64,000 nucleotides of DNA from Acidobacteriota bacterium (GTDB lineage: Bacteria > Acidobacteriota > UBA6911 > RPQK01 > JAJDTT01): contig CBDCJH010000002.1 of the NCBI GenBank assembly GCA_965217775.1, positions 3,392,001 through 3,456,000 on the forward strand. The letters are read 5' to 3'. A program made the translations under genes and the position numbers. The notes under the pieces are model-generated. The model was not told the origin of the DNA. It was given only the letters and a program-made list of their open reading frames with translations, and searched no databases. Below are positions 1 to 12,616 of this stretch, piece by piece (positions within the stretch are counted from its first letter, which is position 1; each line of letters begins with the position of its first letter).

Positions 1-78
1 TACAGTACTGCCGAGGAGACCGTGGACCGTTTCTGCCAGTGGTACCTGGAAGAGCTGGGCATGAATTCCCAGGAGTGA
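1..78 (+). CDS. 3' end of a gene, possibly a Rieske-type ring-hydroxylating oxygenase alpha subunit (partial)
   Basis: Frame 1 reads YSTAEETVDRFCQWYLEELGMNSQE*, resembling the C-terminal 'PYS..E..V..F..WY' end of GbcA-like oxygenases; only 25 codons are visible. Confidence 0.35.
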   Translation, partial: YSTAEETVDRFCQWYLEELGMNSQE

Positions 79-129
79 GGAACGAGGAATGAGAGCAGGC
101 CCGTCCCGGGACAGGCGCTCATCGGAACC

Positions 130-1302
130 TCATTCTCCAGCGAAGTCCGACTCCATCAGCCGCAGCCGCACGCCGGCGATGATCTCCCTCTTGCCGCCGG
201 CGCGAACCCCCGCATAGTGGGTGGTCAGCCAGATCTCGCCGGGCCGGCGTTCGAACAGATAGGGGTAGGAGAGCCAGCCACCGGGCTGCCGGGCCACGAC
301 CTGGGGACGAGTCCAGGTCTTTCCGTCGTCTTCCGAGAAGGCGATGGACAGCTCTTCCCGCTGCCAACTTCCGGGAATGCGGGAATAGGGGAGTCCTCTG
401 CGCGCCCCGGGCCGGCGGTCCCACTCCTGGAGCGTCGTCCCCTCCGGATGGAGACGGTTCCAGGCCAGGACGAGACGGCCGCTGGAGAGGCGGATCAGGT
501 GCCCCGGAGCGCTGCTGGCGTCGATGCCGCTGGGCCGGATCACCCGCCAGGAACGGCCCTCGTCGTTGGAGAACGCCTCCCAGAAGCGGTCCCAGTTGGT
601 GCGGATCAGGGTCCAGAGGCGGCCGTCCCGAAGTTCGACCAGGGTCGGCTCGATGGCGCCGTCGTGGTGCCCGTGCCCGCCTAGGTCGATGAGGTTGCTC
701 TGGTCCCAGGTGAGGCCCGCGTCATCAGAGTAAAAGGTCACGAAGGCGTGGCGTGCGGGTCCGCTCAGGAGTCTCATCACCGGCACCACCACCCGGCCGG
801 AGCGGGTCTCCATGATGTCCACCAGGGCGCCGCACCAGTCCCGGGAGAGGAGTTGGGCATCGACCCAGGTCTCCCCCTGGTCCAGGCTGCGCGCCGACCA
901 GACCTCGTTGAAGATGCCGGGGTCCGGTTCGTTGGTCTGATTGTTCCAGCCCCATTTCCGCTTCTTGGTGTCCATGAACACCAGCACCAGGACACCCCCA
1001 CGGGTCTTTTCCAGGACTCTCCATTCCCGGTGCATGGCGGGATCCCGTTCCTGGAACACGGGACCCTTGCTGCTCCAGGTGCGTCCGTCGTCCCGGGAGA
1101 AGTGGGCTTCGTTGCCTTCGACCGTCAGGAGACGGCCGTCGTCCAGCAACACGAAGGGCCCGTCGCGGTCCGTGACCAGTTGTTGGGACTTGGGGTGGGT
1201 CCACTCGGCCCGCGTCGCCGCTGGCGCGGATCCTCCAATGAGGCCCGCCGTCCAAGAGCTCAGCCAGGCCAGGATGGCGAGTCCCATCGACACGGTGGTC
1301 AT
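130..1302 (-). CDS. Sialidase-family / BNR (Asp-box) repeat protein, secreted
   Basis: Five Asp-boxes (SRDDGRTW, SLDQGETW, SDDAGLTW, SNDEGRSW, SEDDGKTW), C-terminal SYP motif, N-terminal signal peptide. Confidence 0.85.
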   Translation of the reverse strand: MTTVSMGLAILAWLSSWTAGLIGGSAPAATRAEWTHPKSQQLVTDRDGPFVLLDDGRLLTVEGNEAHFSRDDGRTWSSKGPVFQERDPAMHREWRVLEKTRGGVLVLVFMDTKKRKWGWNNQTNEPDPGIFNEVWSARSLDQGETWVDAQLLSRDWCGALVDIMETRSGRVVVPVMRLLSGPARHAFVTFYSDDAGLTWDQSNLIDLGGHGHHDGAIEPTLVELRDGRLWTLIRTNWDRFWEAFSNDEGRSWRVIRPSGIDASSAPGHLIRLSSGRLVLAWNRLHPEGTTLQEWDRRPGARRGLPYSRIPGSWQREELSIAFSEDDGKTWTRPQVVARQPGGWLSYPYLFERRPGEIWLTTHYAGVRAGGKREIIAGVRLRLMESDFAGE

Positions 1303-1339
1303 CTTCCGAACTCGATTATGCTCCGACCTCAAGGAAAGT

Positions 1340-1413
1340 TGGCTGGGGGACAGGGATTCGAACCCCGATAACGTGGTCCAGAGCCACGCGTGTTGCCGTT
1401 ACACCATCCCCCA
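1340..1413 (-). tRNA. tRNA-Gln(CTG)
   Basis: Reverse complement TGGGGGATGGTGTAACGGCAACACGCGTGGCTCTGGACCACGTTATCGGGGTTCGAATCCCTGTCCCCCAGCCA folds as a cloverleaf with anticodon CTG and encoded CCA. Confidence 0.95.
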
Positions 1414-1435
1414 ACCGGAGGGCCGAACGGGGCGC

Positions 1436-1444
1436 ATTATAGCA
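1436..1444 (-). promoter_or_regulatory. Extended -10 box (TGCTATAAT) for tRNA-Gln
   Basis: Perfect TGnTATAAT about 22 nt upstream of the tRNA. Confidence 0.6.
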
Positions 1445-1501
1445 AAACGGCCCAGACCTGCAGGACCGGCGGCGGCATCTGCGAGAAACGTGGATCTGGA
1501 A

Positions 1502-1906
1502 TCAGTCCACCAGTTGCAGCCGTGCGGAGGCCTGCTCCAAAAGAGTCAAGGCAGCCTGGTAGTCGGTCCCCGGATCCCGGGACCGGAGCATCTGCTCGGC
1601 CTTCTTCTTGTCCACCCGGGCCTGCGAGCCATCGATCATCTCGGGCGACTCCACCTCCTCGGCCAGGACAATCACCCGGTCGGGAAGGACTTCGGCGAAA
1701 CCGGAGCTGCAGAAAAGTTGGACGCGGTCCTCACCCTCGGGGTAGGAGATGATGCCCGTCTTCAACTCGGAAAGGAGCGGCGCGTGGCCGGGCAGGATGC
1801 CCAGATAACCTTCCGCGCCGGGGATGGTCACCTCCTGCACCTCGCCACTGAAGACGAGCCGGTCCGGGGCGACGATCTCCAATTGAATGGCCTCGGGTAG
1901 CGCCAC
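1502..1906 (-). CDS. atpC: ATP synthase F1 epsilon subunit
   Basis: LEIVAPDRLVFSGEV...GYLGILPGHAPLLS motif; GTG start immediately after atpD. Confidence 0.93.
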   Translation of the reverse strand: MALPEAIQLEIVAPDRLVFSGEVQEVTIPGAEGYLGILPGHAPLLSELKTGIISYPEGEDRVQLFCSSGFAEVLPDRVIVLAEEVESPEMIDGSQARVDKKKAEQMLRSRDPGTDYQAALTLLEQASARLQLVD

Positions 1907-1908
1907 GA

Positions 1909-3357
<1,449 letters not shown>

Positions 3358-4233
3358 TCACCCTTCCAGGGCGTCCGCTCCGCTGACGATCTCGATGATC
3401 TCCGTGGTGATGGAGGCTTGCCGGATGCGGTTCATGGTCAGGGTCAACTTGTCGATCATCTCCTTGGCGTTCCTGGTGGCGGCGTCCATGGCCGTCATCC
3501 GGGCTCCGTGCTCGGCCGCCTCCGACTCCAGCATGGCCCGGAAGATCTGAGTCTCCACGTGCCGCGGCAACAGAAAGTCCAGCATCTCCCGGGGCGGCTG
3601 CTCATAGATGTAGTCGACGCCCAATTCCGTTTCCGCTTCCGGCTGGAACTCAAGGCGCCGGATGGGCAGCAGAGGCTCCAGGATCACATTCTGCCGCACC
3701 ACGGACTTGAACTCGTTGTACACCAGGTAGACGGCGTCCAGCTCGCTGGAAGAGAAATAGTCGATGATCCCCTTGCCGATCTCCCGGGCGTAACGGTGAT
3801 CCACCCGGGTCATGATGTTCAAGAACTCGTGGCGCACCGGCCAGGGGCGGGTCTTGAACCATTCCACACCCCGCCGTCCCACCAGCGTCAGGCTCAACGT
3901 GCGGTTGGCCGCCTCGTTCTCGATGAAGTTCATGGCCGACCGGATGATGTTGGAGTTGAAGGATCCACAGAGCCCACGGTCCCCGGTGATGACCACCAAC
4001 ATCACCCGTTCCCCCTCCCTCTGGGCCAGAAGCGGGTGCTGAGAGGGATCGATCCGCCGGGCCATGGAGTTGAGCACGGACAGCATCCGGTTGGCGTAGG
4101 GTCTGGCCGCCACGATCCGGTCCTGGGCCCGCTTCAGCTTGGAGGCGGCCACCAGCTTCATGGCCCTGGTGATCTGTTGGATGTTCTTGACCGAACGAAC
4201 TCGCCGCCGGAAGTGAATCAGGTTGCCGGGCAT
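3358..4233 (-). CDS. atpG: ATP synthase F1 gamma subunit
   Basis: ITRAMKLVAASK, DRGLCG, RQASITTEIIEI. Confidence 0.98.
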   Translation of the reverse strand: MPGNLIHFRRRVRSVKNIQQITRAMKLVAASKLKRAQDRIVAARPYANRMLSVLNSMARRIDPSQHPLLAQREGERVMLVVITGDRGLCGSFNSNIIRSAMNFIENEAANRTLSLTLVGRRGVEWFKTRPWPVRHEFLNIMTRVDHRYAREIGKGIIDYFSSSELDAVYLVYNEFKSVVRQNVILEPLLPIRRLEFQPEAETELGVDYIYEQPPREMLDFLLPRHVETQIFRAMLESEAAEHGARMTAMDAATRNAKEMIDKLTLTMNRIRQASITTEIIEIVSGADALEG

Positions 4234-4289
4234 ATTGTTTCAGGCGTCCACCCGAGGCGTTGGACTCGGGGCCGGATCCGATCCGGAAG

Positions 4290-5810
<1,521 letters not shown>

Positions 5811-5884
5811 TTGTCTCGTCCTCTTGACTTGCAGCTCTGTCGAACCCGGATCCGGGAACGGCAGTCCGTTGCCGCGGCGGTATT

Positions 5885-6424
5885 CTAATCTCGGCTGATC
5901 CGCCGCCTGACCTCTTCCAACTGCGTCCGGATGGAGCCATCGTAGATGACCGATCCTACCTTGATCTTGAGCCCGCCGATGAGGGACTCATCCTGCTCAT
6001 AGGCGAGGCGAACCCGGGCCCGTGAAATCTCCGAAAGAACTTCTTCGAGGCGATTCCGAACCTCGGCGTCCAGTCCCCTCGCCGAGGTCACAACGCCCCG
6101 GACGACACCGGCTCGCTGGTCCATGGCCTCCGTGAAGGCTTCGGCGTATTCGTCGTATTCCCCGATTCGACCGTTCTCCAGCAGCACCAGGATGAAGTTG
6201 ACCGTGATCTCGGCCAGGGAGAGCCGGCCCCCCAACTCTTCCACGATCCGGCGCTTGGGAGCGAAGGGTATGGCCGGGCTCAGCAGCGTCTCCACCAACT
6301 CGGGGGACGCCTGCAGGGCGGTCCCGAACGAGTTCAGATCTTGCTGGACCCGCGTCTCCCGACCCTGTTGCACGGCTACCTGGGACAGGGCCCGAGCGTA
6401 TCTGCGTGCCCGCGACGAAGCCAT
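5885..6424 (-). CDS. atpH: ATP synthase F1 delta subunit
   Basis: ARRYARAL N-terminus, DESLIGG...DGSIRTQL, operon position. Confidence 0.95.
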   Translation of the reverse strand: MASSRARRYARALSQVAVQQGRETRVQQDLNSFGTALQASPELVETLLSPAIPFAPKRRIVEELGGRLSLAEITVNFILVLLENGRIGEYDEYAEAFTEAMDQRAGVVRGVVTSARGLDAEVRNRLEEVLSEISRARVRLAYEQDESLIGGLKIKVGSVIYDGSIRTQLEEVRRRISRD

Positions 6425-6445
6425 TGACGGTTCCTTCCAACCCTC

Positions 6446-7024
6446 TCAGTTTCGGCTGTGGAGGTGCTCGACGGCCCGGCCTACGACCCGGGCGTCCTCT
6501 TCAGCCGTCAGCTCCCGACTCAACTTCTGCCGGGCCAGCCCCACGGCCAGATCGGCGGCATGGGACCGGAGCTCGATCCGGGCCACGCGTGTCAGCAACT
6601 GGATCTCCGTTTCCGCTCTCCGGGTCAGGCGGTCCACGTCCCGTTGGGACCGTTCCAGCACTCGCAGGCGCTCCGCCTCGGCTTCCTCGGCCGTGGTCTT
6701 CCTCATGCCCGCCAGCTCCTCGTCCAGCCCCTGCATCTGCCCCTGGACGACCGACAGCCTTGCTTCCGCCTCCTGCAAGGCCCGTCCCGCCGAGCTGATG
6801 TCTTCCTGTATTCCACGCTTGCGGTCGGCCAGAAACTGCCGCAGGGGAAGACGGAGAAAGTAGGCGATGATGCCCACCAGGACCGCCAGATTGAACCACC
6901 GGCCGGCGGTCTCCACCCATCCCCAGCCACTGCCCGAGGCGGCGACCAGGATCGGCGCCACCAGCAGCAACGCCAACCAGAGTCCCCCGTAGCTCCGCCG
7001 CGAACCTGTGCCTTGAGTTCCCAT
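6446..7024 (-). CDS. atpF: ATP synthase F0 subunit b
   Basis: Transmembrane segment followed by a long charged coiled coil; operon position; start approximate. Confidence 0.85.
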   Translation of the reverse strand: MGTQGTGSRRSYGGLWLALLLVAPILVAASGSGWGWVETAGRWFNLAVLVGIIAYFLRLPLRQFLADRKRGIQEDISSAGRALQEAEARLSVVQGQMQGLDEELAGMRKTTAEEAEAERLRVLERSQRDVDRLTRRAETEIQLLTRVARIELRSHAADLAVGLARQKLSRELTAEEDARVVGRAVEHLHSRN

Positions 7025-7220
7025 GGAGGCTTCCGCCTGATCGTTCACCTTCGTGCGGTCTTCATCGGCCCGTAGCGGCTGATGCCTGAGGCGTTCAGAC
7101 GACGGCTGGGAGAAGCCAACCGTTTCGTCGTGCCTGTTCGCCGGACCCGGGATGGACGCCGGGTTGCTGTTCACCCTCCGGAATAATCGGGATAAAATGA
7201 CCGGGGAGGATCGGTCCCCT

Positions 7221-7685
7221 TCACGCCCGGTCCAGAATCCTGTCGGCCAGGATTCGCGCTGTGTCCTCGGCTTCGCGAGTCAGTTGCCGCTTGGCCGAGA
7301 TCAGATCCGCTTCGATCTCACTCCTCGCATTGGCCAGCAGGACCTCGGCCTGCCGGCGCGCTTGCGCGACTCGGTTGTTTCCCTCTTTCAGCGCCTCGGT
7401 TCGAACCGATTCCGCCAGCTTGTAACCTGCCTGCCTCTCCTCCGCCAGCCTCTGCTGGTACTGTTCGTAGAGAGTCTGATGTTGATCCAGAATCTCCTGG
7501 ACTCGACCGCTCACCTGGGTGGTCCGCGCCCCCCGTTCGGCCAGGACTTGGAAAAGGGGACGAAAGAGAACCCGGTTGAGAATGAAGAGAGTGGTCAAAA
7601 ACACGGCCGCCGCAACCGGCAGCGTCCAATCTGGTGTCAGCAAGGTTCTCCCACTCCCGTCTCTAGACGGGGCATCTTCTAACAT
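7221..7685 (-). CDS. ATP synthase F0 subunit b'
   Basis: PDWT-TM-LFRPL..VL.ER pattern plus coiled coil; first gene of the atp cluster. Confidence 0.85.
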   Translation of the reverse strand: MLEDAPSRDGSGRTLLTPDWTLPVAAAVFLTTLFILNRVLFRPLFQVLAERGARTTQVSGRVQEILDQHQTLYEQYQQRLAEERQAGYKLAESVRTEALKEGNNRVAQARRQAEVLLANARSEIEADLISAKRQLTREAEDTARILADRILDRA

Positions 7686-7801
7686 GATCCTCCGACGCAG
7701 GTCAAGAAATCGGGGGCGTCAGAGGAGTTCGTCGCCAATGTCACCATCGCCCCATACGCTTTACGAAATGGCTGGTGCCGAGGACTACGGTCATGGCCTG
7801 A

Positions 7802-10387
7802 ATGACGGAAATGCTAATCATGGATCCATGGGGAAAGTTCCAATCCCCCAACAACTTCCATCGTCTTGAGCATCATTGCGCGGATGTCGCGGCTTGTTTT
7901 GAAGCACTGGTTCGCGATCCCGTAATGCACTCTCGGTTCAAGCAGGCATCAGGTGTCGACGAGTTCTCGGTCACGACGGCAGCCCGTTTGGCCGTGCTGG
8001 TATTCCTGCACGATTTCGGCAAGTTGAACACTGGTTTTCAGTTCCAGGTATACGACCGTAGAGAGTTTCCCGGCGCGCCGCGGAAGTCCGGTCATATCGG
8101 CGAGGCCTTGCTGGCACCGAACGAGATCCTTGAGAGGCTTGGTCTTTTCGAGATCTTCGATTCCTGGGGAAACGCCGTGGATCCATTGCTTTGCGCGGCA
8201 CTTTCTCACCACGGGCGTCCCGCGCGCAGACCGACGCGTACCGGGACTGGTCCCCCGGAGATCTGGAAGCCTTTTTCCGGCTACGACCCAAGATCCGCCG
8301 CCACTCGGTTGCGTGAGCGGAGCCGCGCTTGGTTCCCACATGCGTTCCGGAATGGTCCCGAGTTACCCGATACCCCCGCGTTGGCGCATCTGTTTGCCGG
8401 GGTCGTCACCCTCGCGGATCAGATCGGATCGAACGAAGAATTTTTCAGATTTGTGCCCCATTCCGATCGACACTATATCGACCGGGCCCGCGATATCGCG
8501 GCCAGAGCGGTCGAAGAATTGGGTTTCCACCGAGCCGACCGGCCCCAGAATGCTCCGCCCACCGACATTCGAATACTCTTCGAATACGAAGAACCGCGCC
8601 CGTCGCAGAGCGCCGTGACCGATGCGCCGCTCGATACTCCGCTCCTGATCCTGGAGAGTGAAACCGGATCCGGGAAGACTGAGGCCGCGATCCTTCGTTT
8701 CGCCGCCCTCTGGCGCCGGGGACTCGTGGACGGGCTGTACTTTGCCGTGCCGACCCGCGCGGCAGCGAAACAACTGCACATTCGGATCTCCCGGGGTCTT
8801 GCGCGGCTCTTCACGGAAAACCGACAGGTGGAGACGGTCCTCGCGGTCCCAGGCTATCTCGTCGTCGGAACTGCCGAGGGGCGCCGGGTCGGCAGGTTCG
8901 ACGTGTTCTGGGAGGATAAACCTGACGAGGCGGCGCGCCTGGCGCGCTGGTCCGCGGAGAGCGCTCGAAAATTTCTGAGCGCCACCGCGGCGGTCGGGAC
9001 GGTCGATCAAGCGCTGCTTGGAGGGCTGAAGGTGAAGTGGGCTCATTTCCGTGCGGCTTCCCTGGCACGCAGCCTTCTCGTTGTGGACGAGGTGCATGCC
9101 AGCGACGCGTATATGACGGAAATTCTGCGCACCTTGCTCCAAGGACATCTGGATCTCGGCGGACACGCGCTCCTGATGTCGGCCACTCTCGGCGCCGTAG
9201 CTCGGACGAAGCTTGCAACAAGGGGACGAACCTGTCTTCCACCTCCCGCCGATGCGCAAGCTGTTCCGTATCCGGTGCTCACGCTCGCCGATGAAAGCGG
9301 TTCGCTCGAGACGCGACAGATCATTGGAGGCCAGTCGACTAGACGCGTGTCGATGAACCTGGAGCCGATCCTGGAGGATCCGACCGATATCGCAGTCCGC
9401 GCCATTGAGGCGGCTCGGCACGGGGCCAAGGTTCTCGTGGTTCGCAACACGGTCACCAGCGCTCAGGATGTTTTCCGGGCGCTCCTGGATCAGGGTGTTG
9501 GAGAAATCGCGTTGAGTGTAGCGGGAAATCCTGCTCTGCATCACAGTCGTTTCGCGGCTGAGGACCGAGCGTTGCTCGACGACGCCGTCGAGCGCGTTCT
9601 GGGAAAGAATCGCATCTCCAGGGGCGCGGTGGTCATCGGCACCCAGACCCTTGAACAGTCTCTCGACATTGACGCCGACCTCCTCATCTCGGACATTTGT
9701 CCGGTCGATGTCCTTCTCCAGCGGATCGGACGCCTGCATCGGCACCAGAGGGCCGATCGGCCACAAGACTTCAGGAAACCCATTTGCGTGGTGGTCACGC
9801 CGGAGGCGGGACTGGAGAGTGGGCTGGACGGAAGGCTCCTCCGCCATGGGCTGGGCGTCTCGGAACAGGGCGGCGTCTACCGCAACCTGCTCGTGCTTGA
9901 GGCAACGCGACGACTCATCTCCGAACACTCGATTTGGGCCATCCCTGGCATGAACAGGATGTTGGTGGAGGGTGCGACCCATCCCGAACTGTTGCGCGAA
10001 TTGGCGGAAACTCTCGGCGGCGATTGGCTGTCTCACGAGCAGAAGGCTTTCGGTCTAATCGCGGCGGAGGCAGGGGTTGGCCGGAACCATTCGTTCACCC
10101 GCAAGGAAAGGTTCAACGAGCGATTTTTGTTTTCCGATATAGACGAAAATGTACGGACTCGACTGGGCGACGACGGTCCGCGCATCGTGCTCGAGGGTCC
10201 CGTGACAGGTCCGTTCGGTAAACTCGTCCGGACCTTCGCTTTACCGGCGCACCTGTTCCGAGGATCCTTGCCGAATAAGGAGGAGATCGAAGCCGCCCGG
10301 GCCGTGCCGGGAAAGGACGAACTACTTCTGCTGGTCGGCGAACATCGGTTCGTATACGACCGGACCGGGATTCGAAGGAGGAGTTGA
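7802..10387 (+). CDS. cas3: CRISPR-associated helicase/nuclease Cas3 (type I-E)
   Basis: HD domain (LEHHCADV, LHDFGK, SHHG, LAD), ETGSGKT, DEVH, MSAT, QRIGRLHRH. Confidence 0.97.
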   Translation: MTEMLIMDPWGKFQSPNNFHRLEHHCADVAACFEALVRDPVMHSRFKQASGVDEFSVTTAARLAVLVFLHDFGKLNTGFQFQVYDRREFPGAPRKSGHIGEALLAPNEILERLGLFEIFDSWGNAVDPLLCAALSHHGRPARRPTRTGTGPPEIWKPFSGYDPRSAATRLRERSRAWFPHAFRNGPELPDTPALAHLFAGVVTLADQIGSNEEFFRFVPHSDRHYIDRARDIAARAVEELGFHRADRPQNAPPTDIRILFEYEEPRPSQSAVTDAPLDTPLLILESETGSGKTEAAILRFAALWRRGLVDGLYFAVPTRAAAKQLHIRISRGLARLFTENRQVETVLAVPGYLVVGTAEGRRVGRFDVFWEDKPDEAARLARWSAESARKFLSATAAVGTVDQALLGGLKVKWAHFRAASLARSLLVVDEVHASDAYMTEILRTLLQGHLDLGGHALLMSATLGAVARTKLATRGRTCLPPPADAQAVPYPVLTLADESGSLETRQIIGGQSTRRVSMNLEPILEDPTDIAVRAIEAARHGAKVLVVRNTVTSAQDVFRALLDQGVGEIALSVAGNPALHHSRFAAEDRALLDDAVERVLGKNRISRGAVVIGTQTLEQSLDIDADLLISDICPVDVLLQRIGRLHRHQRADRPQDFRKPICVVVTPEAGLESGLDGRLLRHGLGVSEQGGVYRNLLVLEATRRLISEHSIWAIPGMNRMLVEGATHPELLRELAETLGGDWLSHEQKAFGLIAAEAGVGRNHSFTRKERFNERFLFSDIDENVRTRLGDDGPRIVLEGPVTGPFGKLVRTFALPAHLFRGSLPNKEEIEAARAVPGKDELLLLVGEHRFVYDRTGIRRRS

Positions 10388-10470
10388 CCGAACTTGCCAC
10401 ACAAAGAACTAGGGGCCGAACGTTACCGTTCCCCCTCCCCAGCGGGATGGGGACTACGAAACAATATCCC

Positions 10471-12054
10471 ATGCATAACCTCCTCTTTGACCCACTGATC
10501 CGAGTTCGCTTGACGGACGGCACAATCGAAGCGATGTCGTTACCCGACGTGTATGCAGCCTTGTCGGAAGACCGAGTCGCGGCCTTTCCTGCACTGCGGC
10601 CTCATCAACGCCACGCTTGGCATGCCTTCCTGGCCCAACTCGGTGTGATTGCGTTGCACGGAGCAGGCGAAGACACGCCGCCTCATACGGCGGCGGACTG
10701 GCGTGTGCTTTTTTGGGACCTGACGCCGGAGTTCGGCAATGAGGAACCCTGGCGGCTGATCGTCAATGACCCGGCTCGACCCGCCTTCATGCAGTCCCCC
10801 TCACCCGGGGGGTTCGACGACTATCGACGTCGCATAGTGACGCCCGACGACCTCGATATTCTGGTCACGGCGAAGAATCATGACGTTAAACAGACAATCG
10901 CCACTGGGGCATCGATCGACGACTGGATCTTCGCGTTGATCGATCTCCAGACCATGGCCGGCTTTCAGGGTGCCGGAAACTATGGCATCGCCCGTATGAA
11001 CGGTGGGTTTTCTGCGCGACCTTGCCTGGGCCTCGCCCCGGCTGACGGGGGTCCGGGTGCGCATTTCCTCCACGATTTGACCCGGATGCTCGCCGGTCGA
11101 GAAGCGTTGCTCCGAGACTACTCCGATTATTTCGATCCGGAGTTCGGGCTGCGGTTGATTTGGCTGGAGCCATGGGACGGCACCAGTTCCCTGGACTTGC
11201 GCAACCTGGACCCGTACTTCATTGAAATCTGCCGCCGGCTGCGGCTTCGACTGAACGGAAGTGAGGTGGTTGCCTGGATGGCGACGTCCAAGGTGAATCG
11301 CATCGCAGCCAAACAAGCACACGGTAGTCTTGGCGATTTCTGGACTCCGGTGGAAAGGAAAAACGGCAAGGCCCTATCTCTCTCGCAGGTTGGCTTTCGC
11401 TACGACCGACTTGCCAAGCTGCTTTTCGATGATGCTACGTTCAAACCTCCTCCGGCGATGGAGGTCTCCTCATCCCGGCCAGGACGGTGGCGGGTGATCG
11501 CGCGCGGTGTCGCCGGCGGGCAAGGCAAGACGGACGGGTACCACGAGCGCAACGACATCGCCTTCGACCCGACGACCGTGGGGGCCATGTTCAATCGTCG
11601 GCGACGAGACGTCCTGGCGCAGATTGCAGAGGCGCAGGTCGAAGAAATTCGGGAAGTGGAAAAGGCACTACGGTTCAGTGTCGCCGTGGCCGCCAGCGGT
11701 GGCAAGAACACCAGTGAACTCACCAAGACGGACAGAGCGCACGCCAATCCCTTCGCACGCCGCTTGGACGGCGCAGCGGACGCACAGTTCTTCTCCGCCC
11801 TCGAAAGCCGGTTCCACGCCGCAGACAGCAAGGCGGCCCGTGCCAGCCGCGTGGGGTTCGCGCGCCGTATGATCGCCGAAGCAAGGAAACTCCTGGACGA
11901 GGCGATCGAAACCGTTCCCTGTCCGGCGATCCGGCGCCATCGGGCACGAGCGCGGGGGATCAATGCGTTTTGGGGACGGCTCCGCCGACCGCAGAGCGTG
12001 TTCAGCGATCAACCCGAAATCTTCAACTCGAAGGAATCGAACGATGCCGCCTGA
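10471..12054 (+). CDS. casA: Cascade large subunit Cas8e (Cse1/CasA)
   Basis: MHNLLFDPLIRV start, KNHD and YGIARMNGG motifs, position after cas3. Confidence 0.9.
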   Translation: MHNLLFDPLIRVRLTDGTIEAMSLPDVYAALSEDRVAAFPALRPHQRHAWHAFLAQLGVIALHGAGEDTPPHTAADWRVLFWDLTPEFGNEEPWRLIVNDPARPAFMQSPSPGGFDDYRRRIVTPDDLDILVTAKNHDVKQTIATGASIDDWIFALIDLQTMAGFQGAGNYGIARMNGGFSARPCLGLAPADGGPGAHFLHDLTRMLAGREALLRDYSDYFDPEFGLRLIWLEPWDGTSSLDLRNLDPYFIEICRRLRLRLNGSEVVAWMATSKVNRIAAKQAHGSLGDFWTPVERKNGKALSLSQVGFRYDRLAKLLFDDATFKPPPAMEVSSSRPGRWRVIARGVAGGQGKTDGYHERNDIAFDPTTVGAMFNRRRRDVLAQIAEAQVEEIREVEKALRFSVAVAASGGKNTSELTKTDRAHANPFARRLDGAADAQFFSALESRFHAADSKAARASRVGFARRMIAEARKLLDEAIETVPCPAIRRHRARARGINAFWGRLRRPQSVFSDQPEIFNSKESNDAA

Positions 12055-12616
12055 TGAAATGTTTCCGGCCACGGACAAAACGAGCGATACACCAGATCTC
12101 AGGCGCGTCATTCCCATGATCGCGGTCGAGATCGCTCGACTCGGGCCGGGACCGGCCGCAGCTCTACGTCGAGGTCCTCTCTCTGGCCCCGGAGCGGCCG
12201 CATTCTGGAAACTGACGGCGAGATACGTTCCCAGCGAGGCGGCGAAGAACGAATACGGATGGGCTGCGCTCATCCAGGCGATTACGATCTTGACACCGAA
12301 GGGGCGAGATCCAAACAAGAAATCGGCGCACGATCCCCGGGTGCCCTTGGGTAGAGCGCTGTACAAGTCAGTGTTCTCCGAGTTGCGCCTGGCCCGACTG
12401 CTCGGGGCGACCACGGAGCTGCGCCGACTGCTTGCGGTACGCGCCTGCCGACGCATGGCGGCCGCTGGACAGAACCGCTTTGATCTCGTGACTCTGGCCT
12501 TTTTCATCCTGTTCGGCGATGACCAGACAGACCGTAGAATCGCCCGTCACTACTACCGCACCGAAGCCACCGCCGGGCGCGAATCTCAAAAGGAGGAGGG
12601 CTCCACCGATGCCTGA
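12044..12616 (+). CDS. casB: Cascade small subunit Cas11 (Cse2/CasB)
   Basis: AALRR, LGRAL...SELRLARLL, IARHYY; operon position. Confidence 0.85.
   Translation: MPPDEMFPATDKTSDTPDLRRVIPMIAVEIARLGPGPAAALRRGPLSGPGAAAFWKLTARYVPSEAAKNEYGWAALIQAITILTPKGRDPNKKSAHDPRVPLGRALYKSVFSELRLARLLGATTELRRLLAVRACRRMAAAGQNRFDLVTLAFFILFGDDQTDRRIARHYYRTEATAGRESQKEEGSTDA

Noticed and set aside
1340-1413. tRNA genes as integration sites for the island
   Set aside because: No duplicated tRNA 3' ends or integrase seen; both tRNAs have housekeeping-type flanks
7780-7830. 8-nt matches (GGTCATGG, TCATGGAT) between a mini-array spacer and the cas3 upstream region
   Set aside because: Too short to distinguish from chance, and no established PAM; worth rechecking only if the mini-array proves regulatory
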